Part shown: positions 9,255-19,029 of the stretch, piece by piece
How positions within the stretch are numbered: the first letter of the stretch is position 1
How the letters are laid out: every line of letters begins with the position of its first letter
Assembly: GCA_041494685.1 (NCBI GenBank)
Contig: JBGQBE010000017.1
Coordinates: forward strand, 1 to 54,721
DNA length: 54,721 nt
DNA from: Dehalococcoidia bacterium
GTDB lineage: Bacteria > Chloroflexota > Dehalococcoidia > DSTF01 > JACRBR01
Reading direction: 5' to 3'
Made by a program: the position numbers and the translations under genes
Notes under the pieces: model-generated
The model's input: only the letters and a program-made list of their open reading frames with translations
What the model was told of the DNA's origin: nothing
Databases searched by the model: none

Positions 9255-9370
9255 GGGAGAGATCGTAACGCAGATCGGCGCGAGCCGTGCGGGGCGGCGT
9301 CAACCGGGCGTCTGGAGGCCGGGCGGCGCGTCGACCCGATCCCCTGCCCTTCTCGGCGCGAGAGGGATCC

Positions 9371-9440
9371 TTGCTGTTTGCTGTTTGCTGTTTGCCGTCT
9401 GTTGTCTGTTGTCTGTTGTCTGTTGTCTGCCGTCTGTCTT
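9371..9440. repeat. Heptamer tandem repeat, 10 units
   Basis: TTGCTGT x3, TTGCCGT, CTGTTGT x4, CTGCCGT, CTGTCTT. Confidence 0.92.
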
Positions 9441-9457
9441 GCGCCCGCAGGGCGCCG

Positions 9458-10771
9458 CTACACGCCGTAGAGGCGGCGGGCTTCGGCGCGCAGCTCAGCG
9501 CGAAAGTCGGGGTGGGCGATGCCGATCAGCTCATCGACGCGGCGGCGCAGCGTCTGGCCCTTGAGGCGCGCGATGCCGTACTCCGTCACGAAAATATCGG
9601 CGTAGCCGCGCGTCACGGTGACGGCGCTGCCCTGCGGGAACATCGGCACGATGCGGGAGCGCCGCTCGCCGTGCACGACGGACGTCGACGGCAGGACGGT
9701 GACGGAGCGGCCGTTCTTCGCGTGCAGCGCGCCGACCGCGAAGGCGAACGCGCCGCCGGTGCCGGAGTAGATCTCGGTGCCGAGCGTCTCGCCGTTGATC
9801 TGGCCCGTGAGGTCCACGAGCAGCGCGTTGTTGATGACGCACATGTTGTCGTGCGCGGCGATCACCTGGATGTCGTTGGTGTGGCTCATGCAGTACAGCT
9901 CGTAGCGCGGGTCGCCATCCACCTGGGCGAACTCGTGCTGCGTGAGCGGGCCGAAGCTCGCGCCGACGACCTTGCCGGGATGCACCGTCTTGCGGCTGCC
10001 GGTCACGACGCCGTGCTCGACCAGCGCGGGGATGCCGCCGAACACCAGCTCGGAGTGGATGCCCAGCTCGCGGTGGTTGGCGAGGAAGGGCGCGAGCGCG
10101 GCGGAAACGGTGCCGGTGCCCATCTGCAGCGTGTCGCCGTCCTGCACGATCTCCGCGGCGACGAGCGAGCAGATCACGTCGGCGATGCCGTGCTCCTCCT
10201 CGGTGCGCGGCGGGCGCCGCAGGAACTTCCATTCGTGCGGCGCCTCGACCAGCCGCTCGATCCGCGAGACGTGGATGCGGTTGTCGCCGCCGGTGCGGAT
10301 GAAGCGCTCGTTGACCTCGCCGATGACGTGGGCGGCCTCGCGGGCAACTTCCGGCGCGCCCCAGACGCTCATGCCGAAGCTGCACCAGCCGTCGGCATCG
10401 GGCGGCGAGACGCTGACGAGGAAGACGTCGGGCTGTCGGTCCAGCCAGTAGCTCTCGTCGGCGCGCGTGGGCGGCGCGATGACATAGTCCAGCAGCCCCT
10501 TGCGCATGGCGGGTCGGTCGCTGGCCTGCAAGAAGAACGAGCGCACGTTGAAGTCGTTGGGTTCGTCGTCGCTCCACCACGAGATGAAGGTGGCGATCGA
10601 GTTCTCGATCTCGACGCCCCGCAGCTCGCCGGCGCGGGCCGCCAGGGCGCGGCAGAGCGCGAGCGGCGTCTGGTAGTGCATGCCGATGACGACGCGCTGG
10701 CCGTCCCGCACGACGCGGACGGCTTCTTCGGGGGTCGTCAGCTTGGCCGCGTAGCGTGTGCGCCAGTCCAT
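9458..10771 (-). CDS. Acetyl-CoA hydrolase / 4-hydroxybutyrate CoA-transferase family protein
   Basis: DGDTLQMGTG, LGIHSE, NNALLVDLTGQ, SGTGG, VTEYGIA and LIGIAHPDFR. Confidence 0.9.
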   Translation of the reverse strand: MDWRTRYAAKLTTPEEAVRVVRDGQRVVIGMHYQTPLALCRALAARAGELRGVEIENSIATFISWWSDDEPNDFNVRSFFLQASDRPAMRKGLLDYVIAPPTRADESYWLDRQPDVFLVSVSPPDADGWCSFGMSVWGAPEVAREAAHVIGEVNERFIRTGGDNRIHVSRIERLVEAPHEWKFLRRPPRTEEEHGIADVICSLVAAEIVQDGDTLQMGTGTVSAALAPFLANHRELGIHSELVFGGIPALVEHGVVTGSRKTVHPGKVVGASFGPLTQHEFAQVDGDPRYELYCMSHTNDIQVIAAHDNMCVINNALLVDLTGQINGETLGTEIYSGTGGAFAFAVGALHAKNGRSVTVLPSTSVVHGERRSRIVPMFPQGSAVTVTRGYADIFVTEYGIARLKGQTLRRRVDELIGIAHPDFRAELRAEARRLYGV

Positions 10772-10856
10772 GCGGGCGAGTGTACAGTCCGCGGTTCTCA
10801 GTCAACAGCACGCGGGCGCGCCGAAGCCGGTGAGGCGCCGCACGCCTCACGCGCTC

Positions 10857-12593
10857 TCAGGCGTCAAGCCAGAAATCGTTCAGCAAATAGTACGACGTAC
10901 CGATGCCGGTGGTGATGTTGTGGACTGTCGCAGGATAAACGTAGTGCTGGATGGGCGTGACCAGCGGCAGCATCATCGGATCCTTGGCGTAGATGGCCTT
11001 CTGCGCGTCGTGTACCGCCTGGATGCGCGCCTGCACGTCGAGCTGCGTGTTGGCCTTGCTGACGGCGGCTTCAATCTCCGGCTCGCCGAGCCCCTGGATG
11101 TACGAGTTGTCACCGAACGGCCCGCCCTTTGTGTGCATCAGCAGCGGCAGTTCAGGCGTCTCGTAGATCTGGTTCAGCGCCAGTGAGCTCTCGTAGTTGA
11201 GGTCGTGGTAGCGCTCGATCCAGACGGCGAACGCCACCGGATCCTGATCCACGTGGATGCCGGCGTTCGCCATCTGCTGCAGGAAGATCGGCAGGTGGTC
11301 GCCGTGCTCTTCGATGGTCGTCCCCGAAGGGTACGTGAGCTGGAACCGGATGCCGCCAACCTGCTGCACCAGTTGCTTCGCCTCTTCGAGGTTGAACGGC
11401 TGGTAGGTCTTCTCAAGCTCGTCCGCGCTCAGCGCATAGGCGCCCAGCGACCATGCGAGGACGCCGTCGGCCCTGGCATCGCCCTTGTAGACACGGTCCA
11501 CGTACTCTCGCCGGTCGATCGCGCGCGAGACCGCACGGCGGACGCGCGGGTCGTCGAACGGCGGGTGCCGGGGGTTCATCGTCATCGAGATGTACGCGAA
11601 GGCCGGATCGTTGGTGATCGCGTTGCCGCTGCCCAGGCTCTGCGCGTCCGCGAGGCCGGCCGCCCAGTACTGGTGGATCTGCCCGCTCTGGAACGCCGTG
11701 CGCTGCGTCACCCGGTCGAAGATCACCTGTACGTCGAGCCCATCGAGGTACGGCAGCTGGGCGTTGCCGCGCGCTTCGTCCTTCCGGTAGTAGCTGGCAT
11801 TCGCGTCGAAGCGCGCCTTCTCACCCTCGGTCACGCTCATCAGCCGGAACGGGCCGGCGCCGGCGGCCTTCGTCTTGAGGCGCGAGAGATCGCCCGTCAG
11901 CAACTCCCGCGGGGCGATGCAGTTGAGGAAGAGGCCGATCCGGTTGAGAAACCAGGCGTACGGCTCGGGCGTCTTCACCGTGACCGTATCGCCGCTCACG
12001 GTCACCGACGAGATGTGCTGCTTGCCGAAGGAGTACTGCGTGGTCGTGGCGTCGGTGCGGATACGCTCCAGCGTCACGCGCACATCCTCCGCGTCCAGGT
12101 CGCGCTCCGGCACGCCCATGTCGTTTGGGCCGATGCGGACGCCGGGTCGGATCTTGAAGATGTAGGTCGTGTCGTCGGGCGTCTCGTAGGACTGGGCCAG
12201 GTCCATGAACATCCACTCCGGACGCGTGGCGGACTGGTTCAGCAGGACGTTATAGATGCGCGGGAAGTACGCCGATGCCACCTCGACGCCGAGGTGCGGG
12301 TCGAACGTGCCGAAGGTGGCGGAGTTCGCGGTCACGAAGCGGCCGCCGCGCCGGGGCGTGCCGCCGGGGTTCAGGATGTCCGGTTGCGCCGACGGCGTGG
12401 CCGCCGCCGCCGGCGAACCGGAAGACTTCGCCCCGCTGTCAGACGAGCTGCAGCCGGCGAGGACGATCGCGCCCGCTGCCGCGGCGGTGGTGGCGGCGCC
12501 GCGTAGCAGCGTGCGGCGGGACATGCGCGCGCGCGTGTAGCGATCCCGGTACGTGGCATCGGAGGTGCGGGCTGTCCGGCGATCCTGTGGCAT
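10857..12593 (-). CDS. Family 5 ABC substrate-binding lipoprotein, Tat-exported
   Basis: SRRTLL Tat motif, IVLAGC lipobox, GAGPFRL and PPFDDPRVRRAVSRAIDR. Confidence 0.88.
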   Translation of the reverse strand: MPQDRRTARTSDATYRDRYTRARMSRRTLLRGAATTAAAAGAIVLAGCSSSDSGAKSSGSPAAAATPSAQPDILNPGGTPRRGGRFVTANSATFGTFDPHLGVEVASAYFPRIYNVLLNQSATRPEWMFMDLAQSYETPDDTTYIFKIRPGVRIGPNDMGVPERDLDAEDVRVTLERIRTDATTTQYSFGKQHISSVTVSGDTVTVKTPEPYAWFLNRIGLFLNCIAPRELLTGDLSRLKTKAAGAGPFRLMSVTEGEKARFDANASYYRKDEARGNAQLPYLDGLDVQVIFDRVTQRTAFQSGQIHQYWAAGLADAQSLGSGNAITNDPAFAYISMTMNPRHPPFDDPRVRRAVSRAIDRREYVDRVYKGDARADGVLAWSLGAYALSADELEKTYQPFNLEEAKQLVQQVGGIRFQLTYPSGTTIEEHGDHLPIFLQQMANAGIHVDQDPVAFAVWIERYHDLNYESSLALNQIYETPELPLLMHTKGGPFGDNSYIQGLGEPEIEAAVSKANTQLDVQARIQAVHDAQKAIYAKDPMMLPLVTPIQHYVYPATVHNITTGIGTSYYLLNDFWLDA

Positions 12594-12627
12594 CGCGCTC
12601 CTGGCTATCGAGCCCGTACGTCATCGC

Positions 12628-13446
12628 TCACGACGGCTGCCGGCCGCGGAAGAACAGCCGCTCCGCGTTGGCGTAGAGGAACTTGTCCAGCACGCCCTCG
12701 CGCAGGTCCAGCGCCTCCGCTTCCTTCACGCAGCGCTCGAACGAGAGCACCGGGTGGTCGGAGGCGAACATGATCTTGTCCTGGCCGCGCGTGTTCATGA
12801 AGTGGATGAGCTGCGGCGGGAAGTAGCGCGGCGCGTATGCCGACGTCTGCATGTACAGGTTGCGGTACTTGATCATCAGGCGGATGGCGACGTCCCACCA
12901 GGGGTCCGCGCCGTGCGCCATAACGACCTTCAGCTCCGGATAAAAGACGCATACCTCGTCCAGGTACATGGGATCCTGGCACTTGCCCGGCATCGGCGGC
13001 CCGGGGAGGCCGGTGTTGATGGCGATCGGCAGGTCCAGCTCGATGCATTTCGAGTAGACCGGGTAGTAGACGCGGTCCGTCGGCGGCAGGCCGATGATGA
13101 ACGGCGTGATGCGCGCGAGGACGACCGGCTGCTCGGCGGCCAGGCGCGTCAGGGCGCGGATGGCGGACATGCCGTTGCGCGGGTCCAGCGAAAGCGAGAG
13201 GACGAAGCGGTCCGGATCGGCCTTCGGGAACGAGAGCACGTGCGCCGACGGATCTTCGGCCTCCGTAGTGAGCACGCACTTCTGCACGCCTGCGCGGTCC
13301 ATCGCCTCGATCAGCTCGGGGACGGAGATGTCGTTGAAGATCACGTCGGCGCGGTTGAAGTAGTCCTCCGCGACGCGCTGCAGCCACTCCGGCCGGGCGA
13401 TCGAGCCCATGTTGACGTTGACGAACGTGTCGATGGCGCGCGGCAT
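12628..13446 (-). CDS. Amidohydrolase family 2 protein
   Basis: YYPVYSKCIELDLP, PELKVVMAHG, NLYMQTSA and KIMFASDHP. Confidence 0.88.
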   Translation of the reverse strand: MPRAIDTFVNVNMGSIARPEWLQRVAEDYFNRADVIFNDISVPELIEAMDRAGVQKCVLTTEAEDPSAHVLSFPKADPDRFVLSLSLDPRNGMSAIRALTRLAAEQPVVLARITPFIIGLPPTDRVYYPVYSKCIELDLPIAINTGLPGPPMPGKCQDPMYLDEVCVFYPELKVVMAHGADPWWDVAIRLMIKYRNLYMQTSAYAPRYFPPQLIHFMNTRGQDKIMFASDHPVLSFERCVKEAEALDLREGVLDKFLYANAERLFFRGRQPS

Positions 13447-13478
13447 GTCTGCTCCTGCGTCAGGCGCCGTGCGCGCCG

Positions 13479-14489
13479 CTACTCACCGCCGGCGGCGGGC
13501 TGGGCGTCCGCGTTGTAAAACTGCTTCGCCCAGCGGCGATAGATGCCGACGGGGCCGTCGCCGTCGCACAGCACGGGCCGCATCTTCATGATCTTGTTCT
13601 CCCAGATCGGGATATCCTGGCCGAGCTGACGCTCGATCTCGGCGATGAAGGCACGGCCGACGCCGGCGGTCGCGTCCGCGTTGCCGAGCTTCTTGATCAT
13701 GAACGAGAATCGCACGTCCACGTACTCGCCGTCGATGGGCGTCACCGACGACACCACCATCGTCTCGACCACGCCGGTGAAGCGGACCACGCCGAAGCCG
13801 AAGCCGTAGTTCGTGGAGTCGATGCCGCCTTCGATCATGCCCTGCGGCGTCTTGTAGTTCACCGGCGATTTCGCGTGCAGGATGTGACCGTCGATCTCGG
13901 CGCGCGTGCTGGGCTGCTCCGGCGTGCCGTGCACGTACTTGAAGTGTGCGGAGTCGACGGCGTTCTCACCCATCTCCTGGTTGTGGGTGCGGATCTTCCA
14001 GCGGCGGCGCGTGTAGTCGGTCCAGAGCGCGTCGTCGTACTCGGCCAGCACAGGCAGCTCGAACTGGGGCGGCTCGCCGCCCATGTGGTGCCACACCATG
14101 ATCAGGCCATTCTGTTCCAGTACGTCCCACGTACGGAGCTTCGCCAGCGGCGGGATCTTGTTGGCGTACGGCACTTCGACACAGGCGCCGGCGCCGTCGA
14201 AGCGCCAGGCGTGGAATGGGCAGCGAATGCAGTTGTCCTCGACGAGGCCGCCGTAGCCGAGGTGGGCGCCAAGGTGTGGGCAGAACGCCTCCTGCACGTG
14301 GGCGACGCCGTCCGGGCCGCGCCACGCCACGAGGTGCTCGCCGAAGTACCGCAACGGCAGCACCGCGTTGACCTCCAGCTCGTCGCTGTAGGCCACCTGG
14401 AACCAGCCGTTTGGGAACGGCGGGATATCGAAGCGATACCGGGCGCCCACGCCCCATGCAGCGCGCTGCTCGTCAACGATCGTCGTCAT
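13479..14489 (-). CDS. Rieske non-heme iron oxygenase (KshA / Neverland-like)
   Basis: CPH...CPFH Rieske ligands; ENAVDSAHFKYVH iron motif; QDIPIWENK and DGPVGIYRRWAKQFY C-terminus. Confidence 0.88.
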   Translation of the reverse strand: MTTIVDEQRAAWGVGARYRFDIPPFPNGWFQVAYSDELEVNAVLPLRYFGEHLVAWRGPDGVAHVQEAFCPHLGAHLGYGGLVEDNCIRCPFHAWRFDGAGACVEVPYANKIPPLAKLRTWDVLEQNGLIMVWHHMGGEPPQFELPVLAEYDDALWTDYTRRRWKIRTHNQEMGENAVDSAHFKYVHGTPEQPSTRAEIDGHILHAKSPVNYKTPQGMIEGGIDSTNYGFGFGVVRFTGVVETMVVSSVTPIDGEYVDVRFSFMIKKLGNADATAGVGRAFIAEIERQLGQDIPIWENKIMKMRPVLCDGDGPVGIYRRWAKQFYNADAQPAAGGE

Positions 14490-15163
14490 CGTGATCCTCC
14501 CTTCGTGGTGGAGCGTCTTCGCGGCGCCGGCCGTCCCGGCGCCAGCAGACGGAACGTCTGGTCGACGAGGTAGTCGCGCCGGGCGATCAGCGCCTCGACG
14601 CTATACGGGTCGACGCCGGGCTTCAGTTGGCGCAGCAGCGGGCCGTGACAGAAGTAGCCGATGAGCTGCACGTGGATGTCGTGGACGTACAGCGCGGGGT
14701 CGATCTCGTGGATGAGGCCGGCGGCCATGGCGCGCCGGAAGCTCTGCATCGCCGGCAGGTAGATCGGTTCGACGAAGCGCTTGAAGTACGCCTCGCTGCC
14801 GTCGGGGTCCAGCAGCTCACGCTGGAGCAGGCGCGCAAGCGGGATGTGCTCGGCGAAGAAGGCGTGGTTCTGGTCGAGCAGGTAGGCCAGCCGGTCGCGC
14901 TGGAACGGTCCCGCCAGGAACTCGCGCATGACCTCGGCGATGCTGCCGAGGGCCTCGTCGAGCACCGCCTCGTGCAGCGCTTCCTTGGTGGCGAAATGGT
15001 AGAGGACGGTGGTCTTGTGGGTGGCCGCGGCGTCGGCGATCTCCTGCACGGAGACGCCGTCGAAGCCGCGCTCGGCGAAGAGCAGCGTGGCGGCGTCGAT
15101 GATGGCGCGGCGACGGTCGCTGCGGCGGCGGGACTGACCATCCAGTGGCGAGATCGCTACCAT
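14486..15163 (-). CDS. TetR/AcrR family transcriptional regulator
   Basis: IIDAATLLFAERGFDGVSVQEIA...VLYHFATKEAL helix-turn-helix; start reset to ATG 15163. Confidence 0.88.
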   Translation of the reverse strand: MVAISPLDGQSRRRSDRRRAIIDAATLLFAERGFDGVSVQEIADAAATHKTTVLYHFATKEALHEAVLDEALGSIAEVMREFLAGPFQRDRLAYLLDQNHAFFAEHIPLARLLQRELLDPDGSEAYFKRFVEPIYLPAMQSFRRAMAAGLIHEIDPALYVHDIHVQLIGYFCHGPLLRQLKPGVDPYSVEALIARRDYLVDQTFRLLAPGRPAPRRRSTTKGGSR

Positions 15164-15199
15164 CCGGTCAGTATCGGGCCGTACCGCGGGCGCTGTCAA
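15133..15199 (-). promoter_or_regulatory. Sigma70-type leaderless promoter of tetR with candidate operator
   Basis: TTGACA-N18-GATACT-N6-ATG on the minus strand; ACTGACC (15133-39) and GGTCAGT (15166-72) inverted arms straddle the start. Confidence 0.6.
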
Positions 15200-15378
15200 T
15201 GGGTCGTGGAAGACGATCCGGCACGAGGGGTGATCCGTCCGTCCCCGCGCCCGGGCTGGCGCACCCGGACGCGGGGACGTGTGGACGGACATGACCGGCC
15301 CGCTATCGGGCATCCCTGATGTGCGGTGTCGGGCCGCCAGGGTAGCGGGAAGACCGGTCTCCTCGGGGGAGGACGCTG

Positions 15379-15711
15379 TTACGCGGCGCGCACCTCCTGC
15401 GCACCGCCTGCACAGGCGTCAGTCGAAGCTGACGCGGCTGCGGACACTTGCATCAGCGCGTCACAGGCGCGCTGAAGGGTGGCGTGGGTGATGTCCGCGG
15501 CGGCGGCGCGCGTTGTGCGAAGAGGCCCCTCGGCCTCTTCGCAGCGGCGACGCTCAAGCCGGCGGGCGAAGATGACGCGCTCGGCCTGGCGCTCGGCCTC
15601 CGCCCGCAGGGCGGCGGAATCGGCGCCCGCGCGGCCGGCCATGTCGAGCAGCGCCGCTGCGACGGCGGCGACCGCGTCCTTGTCCGCGCGGGGGAGGAAG
15701 CTGGCGTTCAT
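15379..15711 (-). CDS. Hypothetical helical protein
   Basis: 110-aa Ala-rich ORF filling an intergenic gap; GGGGA Shine-Dalgarno-like upstream; no family recognised. Confidence 0.5.
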   Translation of the reverse strand: MNASFLPRADKDAVAAVAAALLDMAGRAGADSAALRAEAERQAERVIFARRLERRRCEEAEGPLRTTRAAAADITHATLQRACDALMQVSAAASASTDACAGGAQEVRAA

Positions 15712-15947
15712 GGTTTATTCCCCGATCTGCTCGCTGCCGACGCGCGTTGCCGATGCATCATTATCGAGCCAGTCACGGGTAGAGACACAGGGGGAAACCC
15801 CCAAGATCGGCCTGGATGATTCCCTTAGAACAGGAGCGGGCGCGATCGCTCAGGAGCGGAAGCCGTTTCCGTCTGAATCCTGAGGGCGGCCCCTCTGCGC
15901 CCTGGTACGAGTGCGCGAGGTGCTGCACAGGGCAAAGCGGGGACGGG

Positions 15948-16988
15948 TTACGACGGCGCGCTGACCAGCCTGGCAGGCGCCGCGGCGGGCGCGACGCCGG
16001 TCCGGCTGTACTCCAGCAGCATGCTGCCCCAGGCGAGGCCACCGCCGAACGCGCAGAGCGCGATCCGCGCGCCCTCGGTGAGCCGCCCCTCATGGGCAGC
16101 CTCGCTGAGCGCGACCGGGATCGACGCCGACGATGTGTTGCCGTACTTGTGGACGGTGATCACGGCCTTCGCGGCGGGCACGCCCAGCGCCTTCGCCGTG
16201 CCCTGGATGATCCGCAGGTTCGCCTGGTGCGGCACCAGCAGGTCGATGTCGTCGACGCCAAGTTGCGACTTGGCAAGCGCCTCGCGGACGGCGCCGGTCA
16301 TGGCGTGCACGGCAAACTTGAAGATCGCCGGGCCGTCCATGTTGATGCAGCACAACTCGTGAGCCGGGCCGTTGCCGGCGGCGTCGCGCGGGCCGCACGG
16401 TCCGTCGGCGAAGAGCGCCGACTTCTTCGACCCGTCGCTGTGCAGCACGAAGCCCAGCGGCCCGCCGAACTCCGCCGCCTCCAGCACGAGCGCCCCGGCG
16501 CCGTCGCCGAAGAGCACGCAGGTGCCGCGGTCGTCCCAGTTGACGATGCGCGACAGCACTTCGGCGCCGACGACAAGCACGCGCCGGTACGCGCCGGCGG
16601 CGATGAACTGCGTGCCCGCCGACAGCGCCGAGAGGAAGCCGACGCAGGCGGCGTTCACGTCGAACGCGCCGGCGTTCGCGGCGCCGAGACCGTTCTGGAT
16701 CAGCGACGCCACCGACGGGAACATGCCGTCCGGCGTCGTGGTGGCGACGATGACGAGATCGATGTCGCTGGCGGCGATGCCGGCGTGGTCCAGCGCCATC
16801 TGCGCGGCGCGCAGCCCCAGGCTGCTGGATGTCTCGTGCGGCGCGGCGATGTGCCGTTGCTGGATGCCGGTGCGATCCTGGATCCACTGGTCGGAGGTGG
16901 CGACCATCCGCTCCAGCTCGACGTTCGTCAGGATGCGCTCAGGCAGATGGTGGCCGAGGCCGGCGATGCGGACGCGAGAGAGGGTCAA
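15948..16988 (-). CDS. fabH: Beta-ketoacyl-ACP synthase III
   Basis: Cys-His-Asn triad (NAACVGF, HQAN, GNTSSAS) and LFGDGAGA. TTG start at 16988 has a GGAG SD; alternative ATG at 17015. Confidence 0.93.
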   Translation of the reverse strand: MTLSRVRIAGLGHHLPERILTNVELERMVATSDQWIQDRTGIQQRHIAAPHETSSSLGLRAAQMALDHAGIAASDIDLVIVATTTPDGMFPSVASLIQNGLGAANAGAFDVNAACVGFLSALSAGTQFIAAGAYRRVLVVGAEVLSRIVNWDDRGTCVLFGDGAGALVLEAAEFGGPLGFVLHSDGSKKSALFADGPCGPRDAAGNGPAHELCCINMDGPAIFKFAVHAMTGAVREALAKSQLGVDDIDLLVPHQANLRIIQGTAKALGVPAAKAVITVHKYGNTSSASIPVALSEAAHEGRLTEGARIALCAFGGGLAWGSMLLEYSRTGVAPAAAPARLVSAPS

Positions 16989-17114
16989 TGCGCTGCTCCA
17001 TCCAGCCCCGCGCATGCGGGGTACTCCGAGTATATAGCACCGGCAACGGCCGATCCTCGCCCATAGCGGCCGACGCGCCTACACTCGCACCACTACCAGC
17101 GAGGAGGCAACACC

Positions 17115-18311
17115 ATGTCGTTCGAGATCCCCGAGCGCGTCCGCCCCATCCGCGAGCGCGTGCAGCGATTCATCGAGGACCGCATCTACCCCGTCGAGCA
17201 CATCCTGGAGGAGCGCAGCGACGACGAGAGCCGCGCGGCGCTGCGCGAACTCATGCAGGCGGCGAAGAGCGACGGGCTCTGGGCGCTCGGTCACCCGGTC
17301 GAGATCGGCGGGCAGGGCATGCCGTTCCTGGACTACGTCTACGTGAACGAGGTGATCGGGCGCAGCGAGTACGCGCAGGTGTGCCTGGGCACCCACTCGC
17401 TCCAGGACTCGATCATGCTCAACCTGCACGCCTCGGGCGAGTGGCGCGACCGCTACCTGAAGCCGCTGGTCGCCGGCGAGATCTTCCCCAGCTTCGGCAT
17501 GACGGAGCCGGACGTCGCCGGCTCCGACCCGACCGGACTGCAGACGCGTGCCGTGCTCGACGGCGACGACTGGGTGATCAACGGCCGCAAGTGGTTCACG
17601 ACGGGCGCGAAGAACGCCGCGTACACCACGGTGATGTGCCGCACCGAGGACGAGGGCACACCCGACCACAGCGCCTTCAGCATGATCGTGGTGCCCACGG
17701 ATACGCCGGGCTACAACATCGTCCGTGAGACGCCGGTCATGGGCATGATGGGCGGCCACTGCGAAGTGGCGTACGACAACGTGCGCGTGCCGCGCGCCAA
17801 CTTGCTGGGTCCGCGCGGGCAGGGCTTCCTCATCGCGCAGCAGCGGCTGGGGCCGGGGCGCATCTTCCACTGCATGCGGTGGCTGGGCCAGGCCCAGCGT
17901 GCGTTCGACCTGATGTGCGAGCGCGCGAACTCGCGGCGCGCGTTCGGCTCGACGCTGGGCGAGAAGCAGCAGATCCAGGCGATGATCTTCGAGACGGCGG
18001 CGGAGATCCAGTCGTCGCGCCTGCTGACGCTGGCGGCCGCGCACAAGATGGACAGTGGCGACCCCGCGCGCGTCGAGATCGGCATCATCAAGGTCGTGGG
18101 CGCGAAGATGCTGCACAACACGATCGACCGCGCGATCCAGGTGTTCGGAGCGATGGGTGTGACGAGCGACACGCCGCTGGAGCGGATGTACCGCCACGCC
18201 CGCTTCGCGCGCATCTACGACGGGCCGGACGAGGTGCACCGCACGACGGTGTCGCGGCTGATCCTGCGCGAGTACACGCGCGGACGTGGCTGGGACTTCG
18301 GCACGCGCTGA
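17115..18311 (+). CDS. Acyl-CoA dehydrogenase
   Basis: FGMTEPDVAGSD, NGRKWFTTG, RLGPGRIFHCMR and RIYDGPDEVH; AGGAGG SD. Confidence 0.93.
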   Translation: MSFEIPERVRPIRERVQRFIEDRIYPVEHILEERSDDESRAALRELMQAAKSDGLWALGHPVEIGGQGMPFLDYVYVNEVIGRSEYAQVCLGTHSLQDSIMLNLHASGEWRDRYLKPLVAGEIFPSFGMTEPDVAGSDPTGLQTRAVLDGDDWVINGRKWFTTGAKNAAYTTVMCRTEDEGTPDHSAFSMIVVPTDTPGYNIVRETPVMGMMGGHCEVAYDNVRVPRANLLGPRGQGFLIAQQRLGPGRIFHCMRWLGQAQRAFDLMCERANSRRAFGSTLGEKQQIQAMIFETAAEIQSSRLLTLAAAHKMDSGDPARVEIGIIKVVGAKMLHNTIDRAIQVFGAMGVTSDTPLERMYRHARFARIYDGPDEVHRTTVSRLILREYTRGRGWDFGTR

Positions 18312-18330
18312 CGGAGAGAAAGGGCGAGCG

Positions 18331-18945
18331 ATGGACTTCTTCGAGGTAGCACACACGCAGCGGGCGATGCGTCGGCTGAAGACGGACCCCGTCTCCGACG
18401 CGGACCTGTGGACGCTGCTGGAGACGGCGATCATGGCGCCCAGCGGCGGCAACGTGCAGCCGTGGAACTTCCTCGTCGTGCGCGACGCCGAGAAGAAGCG
18501 CCGGATCGGCGCCTGGTACCTCGAGGCGTGGGAGAAGGCGTACGGCCCGGCGCGCGAGATGATGCTGGCGGATCCCGGCCGGGCGCGCACATACAACTCG
18601 GCGGACTACCTGGCGCGCCATCTCGCGGACGTGCCGGTACTCGTGATCGCGACGATCAAGAAGGAGATGGGCACGATCGGCCCGACGCTGGGCGCGTCGA
18701 TCTATCCGGCCGTACAAAACCTGATGCTGGCGGCGCGCGCGTTGGGACTCGGCACGACGCTGACGACGCTGCACAAGCTGCACGAGCAGGACGTGAAGTC
18801 GCTCCTGGGCATTCCCGACGACGTCGAGACGATGGCGCTCGTCCCGATCGGCTGGCCGAAGGGGAAGTTCGGCCGTCCAAGCCGCCTGCCGGTAGAGAAA
18901 GTGGCGTACTGGGACGGCTGGGGGACAACGCGGAGCCGGACATAG
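18331..18945 (+). CDS. Nitroreductase family protein
   Basis: RAMRR, APSGGNVQPWNF and QNLMLAARALGLG; start reset to ATG 18331. Confidence 0.92.
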   Translation: MDFFEVAHTQRAMRRLKTDPVSDADLWTLLETAIMAPSGGNVQPWNFLVVRDAEKKRRIGAWYLEAWEKAYGPAREMMLADPGRARTYNSADYLARHLADVPVLVIATIKKEMGTIGPTLGASIYPAVQNLMLAARALGLGTTLTTLHKLHEQDVKSLLGIPDDVETMALVPIGWPKGKFGRPSRLPVEKVAYWDGWGTTRSRT

Positions 18946-19029
18946 CCGCGCACGCGAAGTAGCGGCCCGCCTGGAACTGCCCCGTCGCGGAACGTAAGGT
19001 TACAGGGAGCGGAAAGCGCAGGACGGGCG

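Noticed and set aside
15925..15956. c-di-GMP-I riboswitch-like start (GCACAGGGCAAA)
   Set aside because: No following GNRA stem or second hairpin, and no same-strand gene downstream.
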